Positions 48,222-57,861 of a stretch of DNA of 64,000 nucleotides are shown one piece after another. Both the position numbers and the translations under genes were made by a program. Where the stretch lies: the IMG/VR virus record IMGVR_UViG_3300025502_001355, one strand, 5' to 3'. The stretch is from an uncultured virus (IMG/VR IMGVR_UViG_3300025502_001355) (taxonomy: Duplodnaviria > Heunggongvirae > Uroviricota > Caudoviricetes). Position 1 is the stretch's first letter. Each line of letters opens with the position of its first letter. Under the pieces are notes generated by a model, which was given only the letters and a program-made list of their open reading frames with translations, ran no database searches and was not told the origin of the DNA.

Positions 48222-48679
48222 ATAAACTAGACATATTTTATGAAATGAAACAGTTTGATCAGAAGAACAGATCATTCTATAGCGAACTCACCGATGAGGA
48301 ACGCAAAAAGTTCAGCAACTTCTTAATGATCCGTTGGGGCAGTGCAGTAGGCGGCAGTGCTGAATTGCAGGGATACTATCTGATGAGTTGCAATGAACGA
48401 TTAAACAAAAATTGGTTTGATTTAAGCAAGTACCCAGAACTGCAATGGTTGTTGGCAACAACTGTAAGTCCAGGTATGGGCACACACAGGCATGAATGGA
48501 TCAAACAAAAGAAACGTGTTAACAACAACAAGGTGGTTAAGTTCTTGCGCAACTTTTATCCAGACTACACAGATGAAGACTTGCAAACACTAGCAGAAAT
48601 TAGCGACAAGAAAGAACTTAAAGAACTAGCAAAGTTGAACGGCTGGGAAGACAAGAAGATCAGAGACGCACTCAAGTGA
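48218..48679 (+). CDS. Clamp loader small subunit (gp62)-like
   Basis: FSNFLMIRWGS, N...N, LQW.L, HEWIK pattern; size and replication context. Confidence 0.5.
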   Translation: MNKLDIFYEMKQFDQKNRSFYSELTDEERKKFSNFLMIRWGSAVGGSAELQGYYLMSCNERLNKNWFDLSKYPELQWLLATTVSPGMGTHRHEWIKQKKRVNNNKVVKFLRNFYPDYTDEDLQTLAEISDKKELKELAKLNGWEDKKIRDALK

Positions 48680-49404
48680 TTACTGAACTAGTTACTAACG
48701 GATGCAGTTACATGGCGTCATATACTCAAGGCAACGGTCATATTGATCTGGCAAAGAGATTTAACTTAACACCGCATGACATTAGCATAACAGGAAGTGC
48801 TAATAGTCGGATCATTAGAACAACACTCAAACACAGTCACGAAACACCGCACAAGACTCTATATGTAATAGGGTTTACTTTTATAAGCAGGGAAGAACTA
48901 CCCATTTGCCACTACACAGATAGACATACCAAACAAGAAGTATGGGAAGGTGCTTGGACCAACCCACAAAATCAACATTTTGGTAAGAATAGATGGGTAG
49001 CAGAATGGAACGACTGGGAAACCAAACAGTGGATCTTGTTTAGAGAACGGTATGAAAAACTATCTCTAGTAGATAGAGTAGAAAATTTAATGTACCAAAT
49101 GTTAGCAATGATCGATAGTTTGACACATCGAGGACATAACTGTATAATATATCAACAAGCAGACATTTGGTGGCCCGATACATTGATAAAAGCACCTAAT
49201 AGAATAAAATTACTAAAAGGTAATAAAAACATAGTAAATGATTTTACATGGTGTGCTGTACGCGAGCAACACAGAGCAGGAGTGCCATACATGTCCGACG
49301 AAGAACACATAGAAGCAGAAATGCGACACCGTGAGGCAGGCGCACACGAATGGATAAACAACTACTTGGAAACACATATAAGGAAACATGAGTTACACCT
49401 GTAA
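48676..49404 (+). CDS. SGNH-like hypothetical protein
   Basis: TNGCSY, GSANSRIIRTT, C-terminal H. Confidence 0.5.
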   Translation: MITELVTNGCSYMASYTQGNGHIDLAKRFNLTPHDISITGSANSRIIRTTLKHSHETPHKTLYVIGFTFISREELPICHYTDRHTKQEVWEGAWTNPQNQHFGKNRWVAEWNDWETKQWILFRERYEKLSLVDRVENLMYQMLAMIDSLTHRGHNCIIYQQADIWWPDTLIKAPNRIKLLKGNKNIVNDFTWCAVREQHRAGVPYMSDEEHIEAEMRHREAGAHEWINNYLETHIRKHELHL

Positions 49405-50068
49405 GTACTGTAGTAAGAGTTATCGCAAGGAATCAACACTTGCGGCACATCTCTGTGAGCCCAAGCGACGATGGCAACAGGAAAAAGAAACAGGTGTGCA
49501 GTTTGGACTTAGAGCTTACTTGCAGTTTTTCGAAACAACACAGGGCAGTGCAAAAAACAAAAGTTATGCAGACTTTATAACCAGTCCATACTACAAGGCA
49601 TTTGTAAAATTTGGCAGGCATTGTGTTAACATCAAATGCCTCAACATACAAAATTACACAACTTGGTTATTGAAAAATAACAAGAAACTAGACTACTGGA
49701 CAAAAGATGTTTTTTATGATGAATGGATGCGTGAATACTTAAAGAAGGAGGCAGTACAGGATGCTCTTGAACGTGCTCTTAAAACCATGGAAGATTATGC
49801 AAGCAACGGTTCGGGACTTGCGGGGTTCCAAGACTATTTTCGGTATGGTAATGCTAATAGGATTTGCCATCATATCAGTACCGGGCGCATTAGTCCTTGG
49901 ATTGTGTTTAATTGTGTTTCCGGTGTGGATTGGTTATCTACTCTTGGGGATGATCAAATTAGTGTTATCCTCCCCTGGATTGATCCAGACTACTGGAATA
50001 GAAAGTTTATTGACTACATGGGTGATGTAGAGTGGACTAAACACTTGTTAGCGGAAGCAGGATTATGA
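49388..50068 (+). CDS. Hypothetical protein with N-terminal zinc-finger-like motif
   Basis: CKYC...HLC; GRISPW. Confidence 0.6.
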   Translation: MSYTCKYCSKSYRKESTLAAHLCEPKRRWQQEKETGVQFGLRAYLQFFETTQGSAKNKSYADFITSPYYKAFVKFGRHCVNIKCLNIQNYTTWLLKNNKKLDYWTKDVFYDEWMREYLKKEAVQDALERALKTMEDYASNGSGLAGFQDYFRYGNANRICHHISTGRISPWIVFNCVSGVDWLSTLGDDQISVILPWIDPDYWNRKFIDYMGDVEWTKHLLAEAGL

Positions 50069-50643
50069 AGTTTACCAGTGATATTGATATCGATGTAGGT
50101 GATAGAGTAAAAGCTCTGAAGTATTTTAAACAAACTCCAGCTAGTATATTGCGTAACACCGGTCTTGTTAAACATAACACAGGTGTATACTTTACTGATA
50201 TTCCAGTTGATCCATTTACGGGCTTTGCTACAATCGACCATGACTCTGCAGAAGATCGTGGGTACATTAAATTAGACATTCTCAATGTAGGATTGTATTC
50301 ACAGATAAAAAACGAAGCACACTTGGATCGATTGATGGCACAGGAACCAGTTTGGGAAAGTTTATATGATCCAGATTTTTGTAGTAAACTTATACACATA
50401 GGAAATCACTACAGCACTCTTGTGCAGATGCCAGAAAAGATCAACGCAATTGAAAAGTTGGCAATGTTCTTGGCTGTTATGCGTCCTGCAAAACGCCACC
50501 TAATAGGCAAGCCCTGGGCTGGAGTTGAAAAAACTGTGTGGGAAAAGCCGACTGATGATAGTTATTACTTTAAGAAAGCACACGCAGTAAGTTATGCGCA
50601 CTTGGTTGCTGTAAATATTAACTTAATTTCCGGACAAGAGTAA
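50065..50643 (+). CDS. dnaE: Minimal DNA polymerase III alpha (C-family)-like core
   Basis: SDIDID, HNTGVY, IKLDIL, RP and FKKAHAVSYA match DnaE motifs in order. Confidence 0.75.
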   Translation: MKFTSDIDIDVGDRVKALKYFKQTPASILRNTGLVKHNTGVYFTDIPVDPFTGFATIDHDSAEDRGYIKLDILNVGLYSQIKNEAHLDRLMAQEPVWESLYDPDFCSKLIHIGNHYSTLVQMPEKINAIEKLAMFLAVMRPAKRHLIGKPWAGVEKTVWEKPTDDSYYFKKAHAVSYAHLVAVNINLISGQE

Positions 50644-50995
50644 TACTTCTTCGTTTTGTGCGTTTTGCCGATATCGAATTTAAACTAATCTGCGGACCAA
50701 ATTTTATTTCTACGCCTTTACTGTTCATAGTTTTTACAACAACTCTGAATGGCTGCCATTCTGCTTTTAAAAATACGTTTATAGGGATAAGTCGATTACT
50801 TTCCCACCACCATGTATCAGCTAATTTTAAGAATATTTGCTTTTCTTCAACGCTTTTCAAGGCACCATAATCGTATATTGTAGTGACTATGTCATCTACA
50901 TTCTGAATTATCCCTATATATTCGTTATTACCATATATTAAGTAGGTTAGGAAGGGATAATCTGTTAATAGTTTCTCGTAGTCTATGTCAACCAT
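50618..50995 (-). CDS. Hypothetical protein
   Basis: YPFLT...EYIGII...WWWESNRLIPINVFL; minus-strand TAAATA at 51035-51040. Confidence 0.65.
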   Translation of the reverse strand: MVDIDYEKLLTDYPFLTYLIYGNNEYIGIIQNVDDIVTTIYDYGALKSVEEKQIFLKLADTWWWESNRLIPINVFLKAEWQPFRVVVKTMNSKGVEIKFGPQISLNSISAKRTKRRSITLVRKLS

Positions 50996-51016
50996 ATAAG
51001 TTCAATAAATACATTA

Positions 51017-51511
51017 ATGTATGAAATCCAAAGTTATTTATATGATAATATTATCCGGGTCCAAATTCTGGACCAGGGAATCTTTTTGCCACCAAGGAAA
51101 CATGTCGTGTTCAGCCAGCCAATAAAAGTATACCAGGGTATTGATAACCCACTACAGATTGTTGTTAGAAACCAACAACAGAAAGCCGTTGATCTAACCG
51201 GCAACACCATGCAATTGGACATCCAAGATCCATTCGAAAAGGGTGCTGTAGAAAGTTTGGCTGTTACGATCGATAATGCCGCAACTGGCTTGTGCAGTGT
51301 AACTATTCCTAAAGCAACCACAGTAGCACTAAAGCAGAGAATGTATCTGCTTACACTTAAACTAACAAACAGCACAACTAATATTGACAGACCTCTGTAC
51401 GTGGATGATAACTTTGGCGCACAATTAAAGATGGAAGTATTGCCGGGATGGTACGAAAGCGATCCGCTTAACTTTGCCGCTAATGCTGTGATAGATTCGG
51501 GACAAATATAA
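51017..51511 (+). CDS. Probable structural (baseplate/tail-associated) protein
   Basis: TAAATA 5 nt before ATG; beta-rich with VDLTG motif. Confidence 0.5.
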   Translation: MYEIQSYLYDNIIRVQILDQGIFLPPRKHVVFSQPIKVYQGIDNPLQIVVRNQQQKAVDLTGNTMQLDIQDPFEKGAVESLAVTIDNAATGLCSVTIPKATTVALKQRMYLLTLKLTNSTTNIDRPLYVDDNFGAQLKMEVLPGWYESDPLNFAANAVIDSGQI

Positions 51512-51996
51512 TGACAACCAGTAACGTAACACTAACTACACACTTATTGGCCAAGCGAGGCAATACATCAGTAAGCTCAACTTATACAGGCCTAGTAGGC
51601 GAGCTTGTTGTTGACACAGACCTAAATGCAGTAAGGGTGCAAGACGGAGCCACAGCAGGTGGATTCCTAATAGGCAATGACGTACCACAAACGGTATTGT
51701 CCTCAAACGTGACACTGGCCAATGCAGATCGCGGCAAGCATTTTTATGCTGACGGTACTGTTAGGAGTATTACCATTCCGTTTAATGCAAACCTAGCATT
51801 GCCAATTGGCACAGAGATGCAGATAATTGCAAACGCTGCCGGAGTTGTTAGAGTTGAGCCAATGGCTTCTAACGTTGGGTTATTCCTAGCAGGCAATAGC
51901 ACAAGTGTTGCAAGAGTAGTTGGAAACTATGGTGTTGCTACAGTGTTGAAAGTGGACACCAACACCTGGTACATCAACGGTACCGGAATTACCTAA
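51511..51996 (+). CDS. Short tail-fibre-like protein with Mtd/hyaluronidase-type N-terminal domain
   Basis: KRGNT...YTG..GELVVDTD...RVQDGATAGG. Confidence 0.65.
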   Translation: MTTSNVTLTTHLLAKRGNTSVSSTYTGLVGELVVDTDLNAVRVQDGATAGGFLIGNDVPQTVLSSNVTLANADRGKHFYADGTVRSITIPFNANLALPIGTEMQIIANAAGVVRVEPMASNVGLFLAGNSTSVARVVGNYGVATVLKVDTNTWYINGTGIT

Positions 51997-52001
51997 ACAA
52001 T

Positions 52002-52703
52002 ATGACAGAATTAATCTTTACACTTGTGGTAACACATATTACCATTGCCTGCGTAACCTTGTTTTTACACCGCAGTCAAGCACATAAATCAGTAACCTTT
52101 CATCCTGTAGTAAGTCATATGATGCGGTTTTGGCTCTGGCTAACCACAGGCATGGTCACTAAGCAGTGGGTAGCAGTACACCGTAAACATCACAGGCACA
52201 CAGACATAGAAGGCGATCCGCACAGCCCTGTAATATGCGGATTGCACAAAGTATTGTTTGATGGTGCGCGACTCTATCATCAAGCCAGCAAAAACTTTGC
52301 CATGGTTGAAGCATATGGCGCAGGCACACCTGACGATTGGGTGGAACGCAGGGTATATACCAAACACAGTCGTATAGGTATTCTTTTGATGCTAGCTATC
52401 GACCTTGCTTTGTTTGGACCATGGGGATTGGCAGTATGGGCGATCCAAATGATATGGATTCCGTTCTGGGCCGCTGGTGTAATCAATGGACTAGGTCACT
52501 ACTATGGCTATCGTAACTTTGATACTAAAGATCAAAGCAACAACATTGTTCCATGGGGTATATTAATTGGCGGCGAAGAGCTACACAACAATCACCATCA
52601 AAACCCAGCCAGTGCTAAACTTAGCGCACGAATGTTTGAGTTTGATATTGGGTGGATGTACATCAAGATTTTTAGCCTATTGGGCTTGGCAACTGTACGA
52701 TAA
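52002..52703 (+). CDS. Membrane fatty acid desaturase (delta-9/DesA-like)
   Basis: His boxes HRSQAH, HRKHH and GEELHNNHH; TM segments. Confidence 0.9.
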   Translation: MTELIFTLVVTHITIACVTLFLHRSQAHKSVTFHPVVSHMMRFWLWLTTGMVTKQWVAVHRKHHRHTDIEGDPHSPVICGLHKVLFDGARLYHQASKNFAMVEAYGAGTPDDWVERRVYTKHSRIGILLMLAIDLALFGPWGLAVWAIQMIWIPFWAAGVINGLGHYYGYRNFDTKDQSNNIVPWGILIGGEELHNNHHQNPASAKLSARMFEFDIGWMYIKIFSLLGLATVR

Positions 52704-52714
52704 TCCTGTATAAT
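52686..52714 (+). promoter_or_regulatory. Sigma70 promoter, likely leaderless primase mRNA
   Basis: TTGGCA-17-TATAAT; ATG 6 nt downstream. Confidence 0.6.
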
Positions 52715-52720
52715 AACTGA

Positions 52721-53752
52721 ATGTTAGATACTATTCAGCAAGCCTTGTTGCAACTAATTCCTGCGGACAATCGAAAAAGCCAGCAAACAGGATGGATATC
52801 ATTTAACGCAGTGTGCTGTACACACAATGGTGAAACCCCAGATCGTAAAGGCAGGGGAGGAGTCAAAACCGATTCCAAAGGTGGAATATCTTATCATTGT
52901 TTTAACTGTGGCTTTACCACAGGATTCACACCAGGTTGGCATTTAGGTTTTAAATTTAGAAAACTGTTATCTTGGTTGGGTGCCGAGGACTTAACAATAA
53001 GGCATTTGGTTATAAGTGCTGTTAGGTTGAAAGAACTTGTAGCACCTGAAGAACTTGAAAAAACCAAAATAGAAGAAATCAAGTTTGAGCCCAGAAAGAT
53101 GCCCGCTGGCGCAGTAAGTTTAACGTCCTGGATGACAAGAATGATCGAAGATGATACCTGTTTGATTCCTCCCCATCTTACACAAGGCGTACAGTACTTG
53201 GCCAACAGGGCAATCAATACCAGCAAGTATGAGTTTTATTTTTCTGACACCAAAGCATACAATTATAATCGTAGAATAATAGTACCGTACTACCATGAAG
53301 GCAAACTGGTAGGAAGCAGTGCAAGAGCATTAGAAGACACAGTGACACCCAAGTACTGGAGTGATCATCCTTCGGACTATGTGTTTAATTTAGACAAGCA
53401 ATACAAAGATTCAAAGTTTGTTGTTGTGGTAGAAGGACCGTTTGATGCAATGAGCGTTAACGGTGTTAGCATACAGGGCAGTGAAGCAAGTGACACACAA
53501 GTTGAATTAATTGATAGGCTACAACGTGAAGTAATAGTTGTACCAGACACAGACCGTGCAGGAAAAAAGCTAGTGGATCGTGCAATCGAAGCAGGATGGA
53601 CAGTGAGTTTTCCTGTATGGCAAGAGACTTGTAAAGATCTAAACGAAGCAACAGTAAAGTATGGTAAGTTGTTTGTGTTAAAAAGCATACTAGAAGCAAG
53701 AGAAACAAGTAGATTGAAAATTGAATTAAAGAAGAAGAGACTGTACAGGTAA
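52721..53752 (+). CDS. gp61: DNA primase, gp61/DnaG-like
   Basis: Zn finger CC...YHCFNC; TOPRIM VEGPFDA and PDTD. Confidence 0.88.
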   Translation: MLDTIQQALLQLIPADNRKSQQTGWISFNAVCCTHNGETPDRKGRGGVKTDSKGGISYHCFNCGFTTGFTPGWHLGFKFRKLLSWLGAEDLTIRHLVISAVRLKELVAPEELEKTKIEEIKFEPRKMPAGAVSLTSWMTRMIEDDTCLIPPHLTQGVQYLANRAINTSKYEFYFSDTKAYNYNRRIIVPYYHEGKLVGSSARALEDTVTPKYWSDHPSDYVFNLDKQYKDSKFVVVVEGPFDAMSVNGVSIQGSEASDTQVELIDRLQREVIVVPDTDRAGKKLVDRAIEAGWTVSFPVWQETCKDLNEATVKYGKLFVLKSILEARETSRLKIELKKKRLYR

Positions 53753-54882
53753 TGGATCCCAAAAAGAAATTTTATTTGTTTAAGCAATCTAAAACTTTCT
53801 GCGCTGTACCGTGGAATCATGTTAAGGTAGAGGTAGATGGCAGAATTGTTACATGTGTGAATGGACAGCACGAACTGGGACGTCTAGGTAATAACTCTAT
53901 CCAAGACATTGTTAACGATTGGCCTGCACAGCATGTGCGAAATAATACTTATAAAGAATTGCCTAATTATAACTGTAGAACATGTAGTCTACAGGAAAGC
54001 GATACAGGATATAAGTTCTTACGTGACTTATATAATCCTATGTTTAAAGATGTAGATGTAGATTATTCTGACAATACAGCATTTCAATTGAATGCTATTG
54101 ATTTGCATTGGAGTAGTACTTGCAACTTGAAGTGTGTTACATGTTGGGCTAAACAAAGTAGCGCAATTGCACAAGAACAAGGTAAACCAATTCAGCATAC
54201 GCCAGATGAACAGGCTGATACAATCATTGATTTAATAGTAAGTAGACAACATCACATGAAAGAAATATATCTCAGTGGTGGCGAGCCTACACTTATTAAA
54301 CACAACGTACGATTGCTGAAACAACTGGACAAGTCAATTGACTGCACTTTTAGAGTAAACACAAACATGATGTTTGAACAGAACAATCCTGTGATCACAG
54401 AACTGTTAAAGTTTAAAAATGTGTTAATAACCATAAGTGCTGACACAACAGGTAGTAGATTTGAATATATCAGGCGTGACGCAAATTGGCACAAGTTCCT
54501 AAACAATCTACAATTCCTTAAGAGCACACATTTCGACATTAGGGTCAATTCTGTATTTTTTGTAGCCAGCGCACTTTACTTAACAGACACACAACAGTTC
54601 TTTAATAACGGATACGGTATAACTGATTTCACGATCAATCAGGTTACTATGGGACACACAAACATACAATGCCGTAATTTGTCGCAGGATCTTAAAGACA
54701 AGTGTGCAGAAAAAATAATTAACCACAAAAATAATTTTCCTTGCAATCAAAACTTAATTGGACAGTTGGATAATTGCTTAGGAGAATTACAAAATTCAAA
54801 AGAAGAAGATTACGAACCATTCTTTGAATCGTTCGCAGATAAAATAAGTGCGAACTGGCGAGATATTTTTACAGAACTATGA
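53752..54882 (+). CDS. Radical SAM protein with N-terminal twitch/SPASM-like domain
   Basis: FCAVPW, CNLKCVTC, SGGEP; paralog of 15880-17037. Confidence 0.85.
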   Translation: MDPKKKFYLFKQSKTFCAVPWNHVKVEVDGRIVTCVNGQHELGRLGNNSIQDIVNDWPAQHVRNNTYKELPNYNCRTCSLQESDTGYKFLRDLYNPMFKDVDVDYSDNTAFQLNAIDLHWSSTCNLKCVTCWAKQSSAIAQEQGKPIQHTPDEQADTIIDLIVSRQHHMKEIYLSGGEPTLIKHNVRLLKQLDKSIDCTFRVNTNMMFEQNNPVITELLKFKNVLITISADTTGSRFEYIRRDANWHKFLNNLQFLKSTHFDIRVNSVFFVASALYLTDTQQFFNNGYGITDFTINQVTMGHTNIQCRNLSQDLKDKCAEKIINHKNNFPCNQNLIGQLDNCLGELQNSKEEDYEPFFESFADKISANWRDIFTEL

Positions 54883-55529
54883 ATGCATTACTATTAGGAT
54901 GTGGGTCCAAGTGGGGACTAACTGTACAACAGCAACTACTAGCCAAAGGCTGGACAGTGTGTAGTTTATCAAGTACAAAACTAGCAGAACAAGATAATCT
55001 ATATCAACATATTATCGATTGGAACACAGTTAATCAAGGCACTATAGAGAAGTTCTTGAGATTGTTACCAACTATCGACTTTATACTGTTTAACCAAAAC
55101 GGGTCAGCATTAAGCTATGACAACTTTAATCAAGAAGTTCCTGTAATTGATACATGGAGACTAGAAAAGAATTGGACACAACAGTATTTTGTTAGCGTAA
55201 TACTACCATATCACATAATTAAAACTGTATCATTGAATAAAAACTCCAGAGTGGCTTGGATGTTGTCTGCATTTGTGTACCAGCACACAAACATTAACCA
55301 TGCAGACTATATTGGTAATAAGTATCAGAACTATTTGATAATGAAGAACTTTAGTAGAACAGGCGATGCTTGTTTTTGCGGAATAAATCCAATGGAACTT
55401 GACCAAAATCAAACCAGCACAGGCGTGTTCGTTGATACAATATTAGGTATGGACACAAACGAACTTAACAGCAATGTAATCTATCTTGACGGAAATAAAG
55501 ATATTAATTTTCAAAATTTTAGTGTATAA
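54879..55529 (+). CDS. Divergent SDR-like Rossmann-fold protein
   Basis: LLGCGSKWG, LFNQN, YIGNK. Confidence 0.55.
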   Translation: MNALLLGCGSKWGLTVQQQLLAKGWTVCSLSSTKLAEQDNLYQHIIDWNTVNQGTIEKFLRLLPTIDFILFNQNGSALSYDNFNQEVPVIDTWRLEKNWTQQYFVSVILPYHIIKTVSLNKNSRVAWMLSAFVYQHTNINHADYIGNKYQNYLIMKNFSRTGDACFCGINPMELDQNQTSTGVFVDTILGMDTNELNSNVIYLDGNKDINFQNFSV

Positions 55530-55537
55530 TTAACTAT

Positions 55538-56944
55538 ATGAAAGAATATTCAGCAGAAATACAAAAATTGTTTTTAGAAATGATGATGCAGGACGCAGAA
55601 ACATTTGTGCGTGTGCAGAACATTTTCAATGAAGAGAACTTTGATCGAAGTCTGCGTGAAGCGGCTAAGTTTATAAGGGAGCATAGTAGTGAATATAAAA
55701 CTATGCCCACAAAGGAACAGATACTGGCCCAAACAGGAGTTGATCTTAAAGAAGTGCCCGACGTTGGTGAAGGACACTATGATTGGTTCATGGTAGAGTT
55801 TGAAGGCTTTAGTCGCAGGCACGAACTCGAACGTGCTATCCTCAAAGCCGCGGACATGATTGAGAATGGCGAGTATGATCCAGTTGAAAAACTGATCAAA
55901 GACGCAGTGCAGATCAGTCTTACCAAGGACATGGGTACAGACTACTTCGAAGATCCTAGAGCAAGGCTTATGAAGATCAAGGATAACAACGGACAAGTCA
56001 GCACAGGCTGGCCTACTATGGATAGACGCTTGTTTGGTGGTATGAACAGAGGCGAGCTAAACATTTTTGCAGGTGGCAGTGGTAGTGGTAAAAGTTTGTT
56101 CATGCAGAACATTGCTATCAACTGGATAAGTCAAGGACTTAACGGTGTGTTTTTAACACTGGAACTTAGTGAAGAACTGTGTGCTATGCGTATGGATGCA
56201 ATGGTTGCTAATGTTGCAACCAAAGAAATATTCAAGGACCTTGACACACTCGAAATGAAGATACGTATGGTAGGCAAGAAATCAGGTAACTTGCGTATCA
56301 AGTACATGCCAGCACAGAGCAATGTTAATCAGATTAGAGCATACTTAAAAGAACTAGAAGTACAGACAGGAAAAAAAGCAGACTTTATTATGGTGGATTA
56401 CTTAGACTTGGTTATGCCAGTTAGTGCTAAAGTATCACCAAGTGATTTGTTTGTTAAAGACAAGTATGTAAGTGAAGAGTTGCGTAACCTAGCAAAAGAG
56501 TTTGAAATATTAATGATTACAGCATCGCAGTTGAATCGTAGTGCTGTTGAAGAAATTGAATTTGACCACAGCCACATATCGGGTGGTATCAGTAAGATCA
56601 ACACAGCAGATAATGTGTTTGGTATTTTTACAAGTCGTGCAATGCGTGAACGTGGTAGGTATCAGATACAGTTGATGAAAACTAGAAGCAGTAGTGGTGT
56701 AGGACAAAAAGTTGACCTAGAGTTTAACTTAGAGAGCTTGCGTATTACAGACCCAGGTGAAGAAGGACAAAGTGAAAGTGGTGGATTTGGTGGACAAAAG
56801 CCATCAGCTATCATGGATCAAATAAAAAGCACCAGCAGTGTTACAACAATTAGTCAGCCACAAGAATCTGCCAAGATAAATGCTGGTGTAGACAGCACAA
56901 AACTAAAACAAATGTTAGCTGGACTTAAAAGTAAGGCAGGCTAA
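55538..56944 (+). CDS. gp41: Replicative helicase, gp41/DnaB-like
   Basis: GGSGSGKS, LELSE, VDYLDL, TASQLNR, KTR. Confidence 0.92.
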   Translation: MKEYSAEIQKLFLEMMMQDAETFVRVQNIFNEENFDRSLREAAKFIREHSSEYKTMPTKEQILAQTGVDLKEVPDVGEGHYDWFMVEFEGFSRRHELERAILKAADMIENGEYDPVEKLIKDAVQISLTKDMGTDYFEDPRARLMKIKDNNGQVSTGWPTMDRRLFGGMNRGELNIFAGGSGSGKSLFMQNIAINWISQGLNGVFLTLELSEELCAMRMDAMVANVATKEIFKDLDTLEMKIRMVGKKSGNLRIKYMPAQSNVNQIRAYLKELEVQTGKKADFIMVDYLDLVMPVSAKVSPSDLFVKDKYVSEELRNLAKEFEILMITASQLNRSAVEEIEFDHSHISGGISKINTADNVFGIFTSRAMRERGRYQIQLMKTRSSSGVGQKVDLEFNLESLRITDPGEEGQSESGGFGGQKPSAIMDQIKSTSSVTTISQPQESAKINAGVDSTKLKQMLAGLKSKAG

Positions 56945-56984
56945 TTAAACTGTAGCCCACATAAATACTACAAACTTGGAGTAA

Positions 56985-57236
56985 ATGTTGCAAAAGAAAA
57001 CTCGTAGCATCTTGTCAGAGCTTGCAGAAATGCCTGTTACACGTGATCGTGCTAACTTGATAGAAAGTCGTGCAGGCCACGTGATACAAGGTGCTATAAA
57101 TTTAATTAATTATATAAAAGAAAACTACGAGCCTGAGAAAGCATTGGAACTAGAACGCCGACTATTGAATAGTATTCGGGGACAGGATGCTAGTAAGTTT
57201 ACTCGCGGAATACGGAGACTTAAGAATGAAGATTAA
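56985..57236 (+). CDS. Small late hypothetical protein
   Basis: TAAATA at 56962 plus GGAG SD. Confidence 0.65.
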   Translation: MLQKKTRSILSELAEMPVTRDRANLIESRAGHVIQGAINLINYIKENYEPEKALELERRLLNSIRGQDASKFTRGIRRLKNED

Positions 57237-57861
57237 AGAAATAACTGAAGGAATAATGGACGTAATTCGCAATAGAGTTGCCGCTGGTTCGGGATCGGAT
57301 TTTACCAAGTGGTCCAATTACAGAGGGATCGCACCCCCGGCAGATCCCGAGGCAGACGATACTGATACAGCCACAGATACAACCACAGATACAACCACAG
57401 ATACAACCACAGATACACCGCAACCTGACCAACCACAAGACACACAGCAACCTGGCCCAACATCCGATCCAATTGATACAGAAATGGAAAAGGTTAATGC
57501 TAACATCAAACGCAAAGTTGATTACTTGGTCAAGCAAGGTGTACTACAAAGTGGCAGAATTACTGACGCAGAACGGCAGTATATTGATAGCGTAGACGTT
57601 TATGTTGATCCTAACAAGTTTGCTAATACAGACCCTAGTGAAGTTTATATCAAAGCAACTCCGCCACATGTAAGCAACTACAGTGCCAGTGTGACAATGC
57701 CGTTATCCAAGTGGATGGAAGCACTAGGGCGAGACGGAACAGGACTCAGAGGGAATGTAGGATTTAACCTTACACCTGCAGGATGGTGGAGTGACGATTA
57801 CAAAGCATACGTCAATCCTAATGGCAGCTTAGACGAGTTAATTACCAGTTACCAAAAATGA
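57226..57861 (+). CDS. Hypothetical head-associated protein with Thr/Asp repeat
   Basis: MKIKEITE N-terminus; TTTD repeats. Confidence 0.55.
   Translation: MKIKEITEGIMDVIRNRVAAGSGSDFTKWSNYRGIAPPADPEADDTDTATDTTTDTTTDTTTDTPQPDQPQDTQQPGPTSDPIDTEMEKVNANIKRKVDYLVKQGVLQSGRITDAERQYIDSVDVYVDPNKFANTDPSEVYIKATPPHVSNYSASVTMPLSKWMEALGRDGTGLRGNVGFNLTPAGWWSDDYKAYVNPNGSLDELITSYQK
57361..57420 (+). repeat. 12-bp tandem repeat ACAGATACAACC, 5 imperfect copies
   Basis: Read directly from the sequence; in frame. Confidence 0.9.

Noticed and set aside
57361..57420. 12-bp repeat as iterons or an origin
   Set aside because: Lies in frame in a CDS and encodes a Thr/Asp linker
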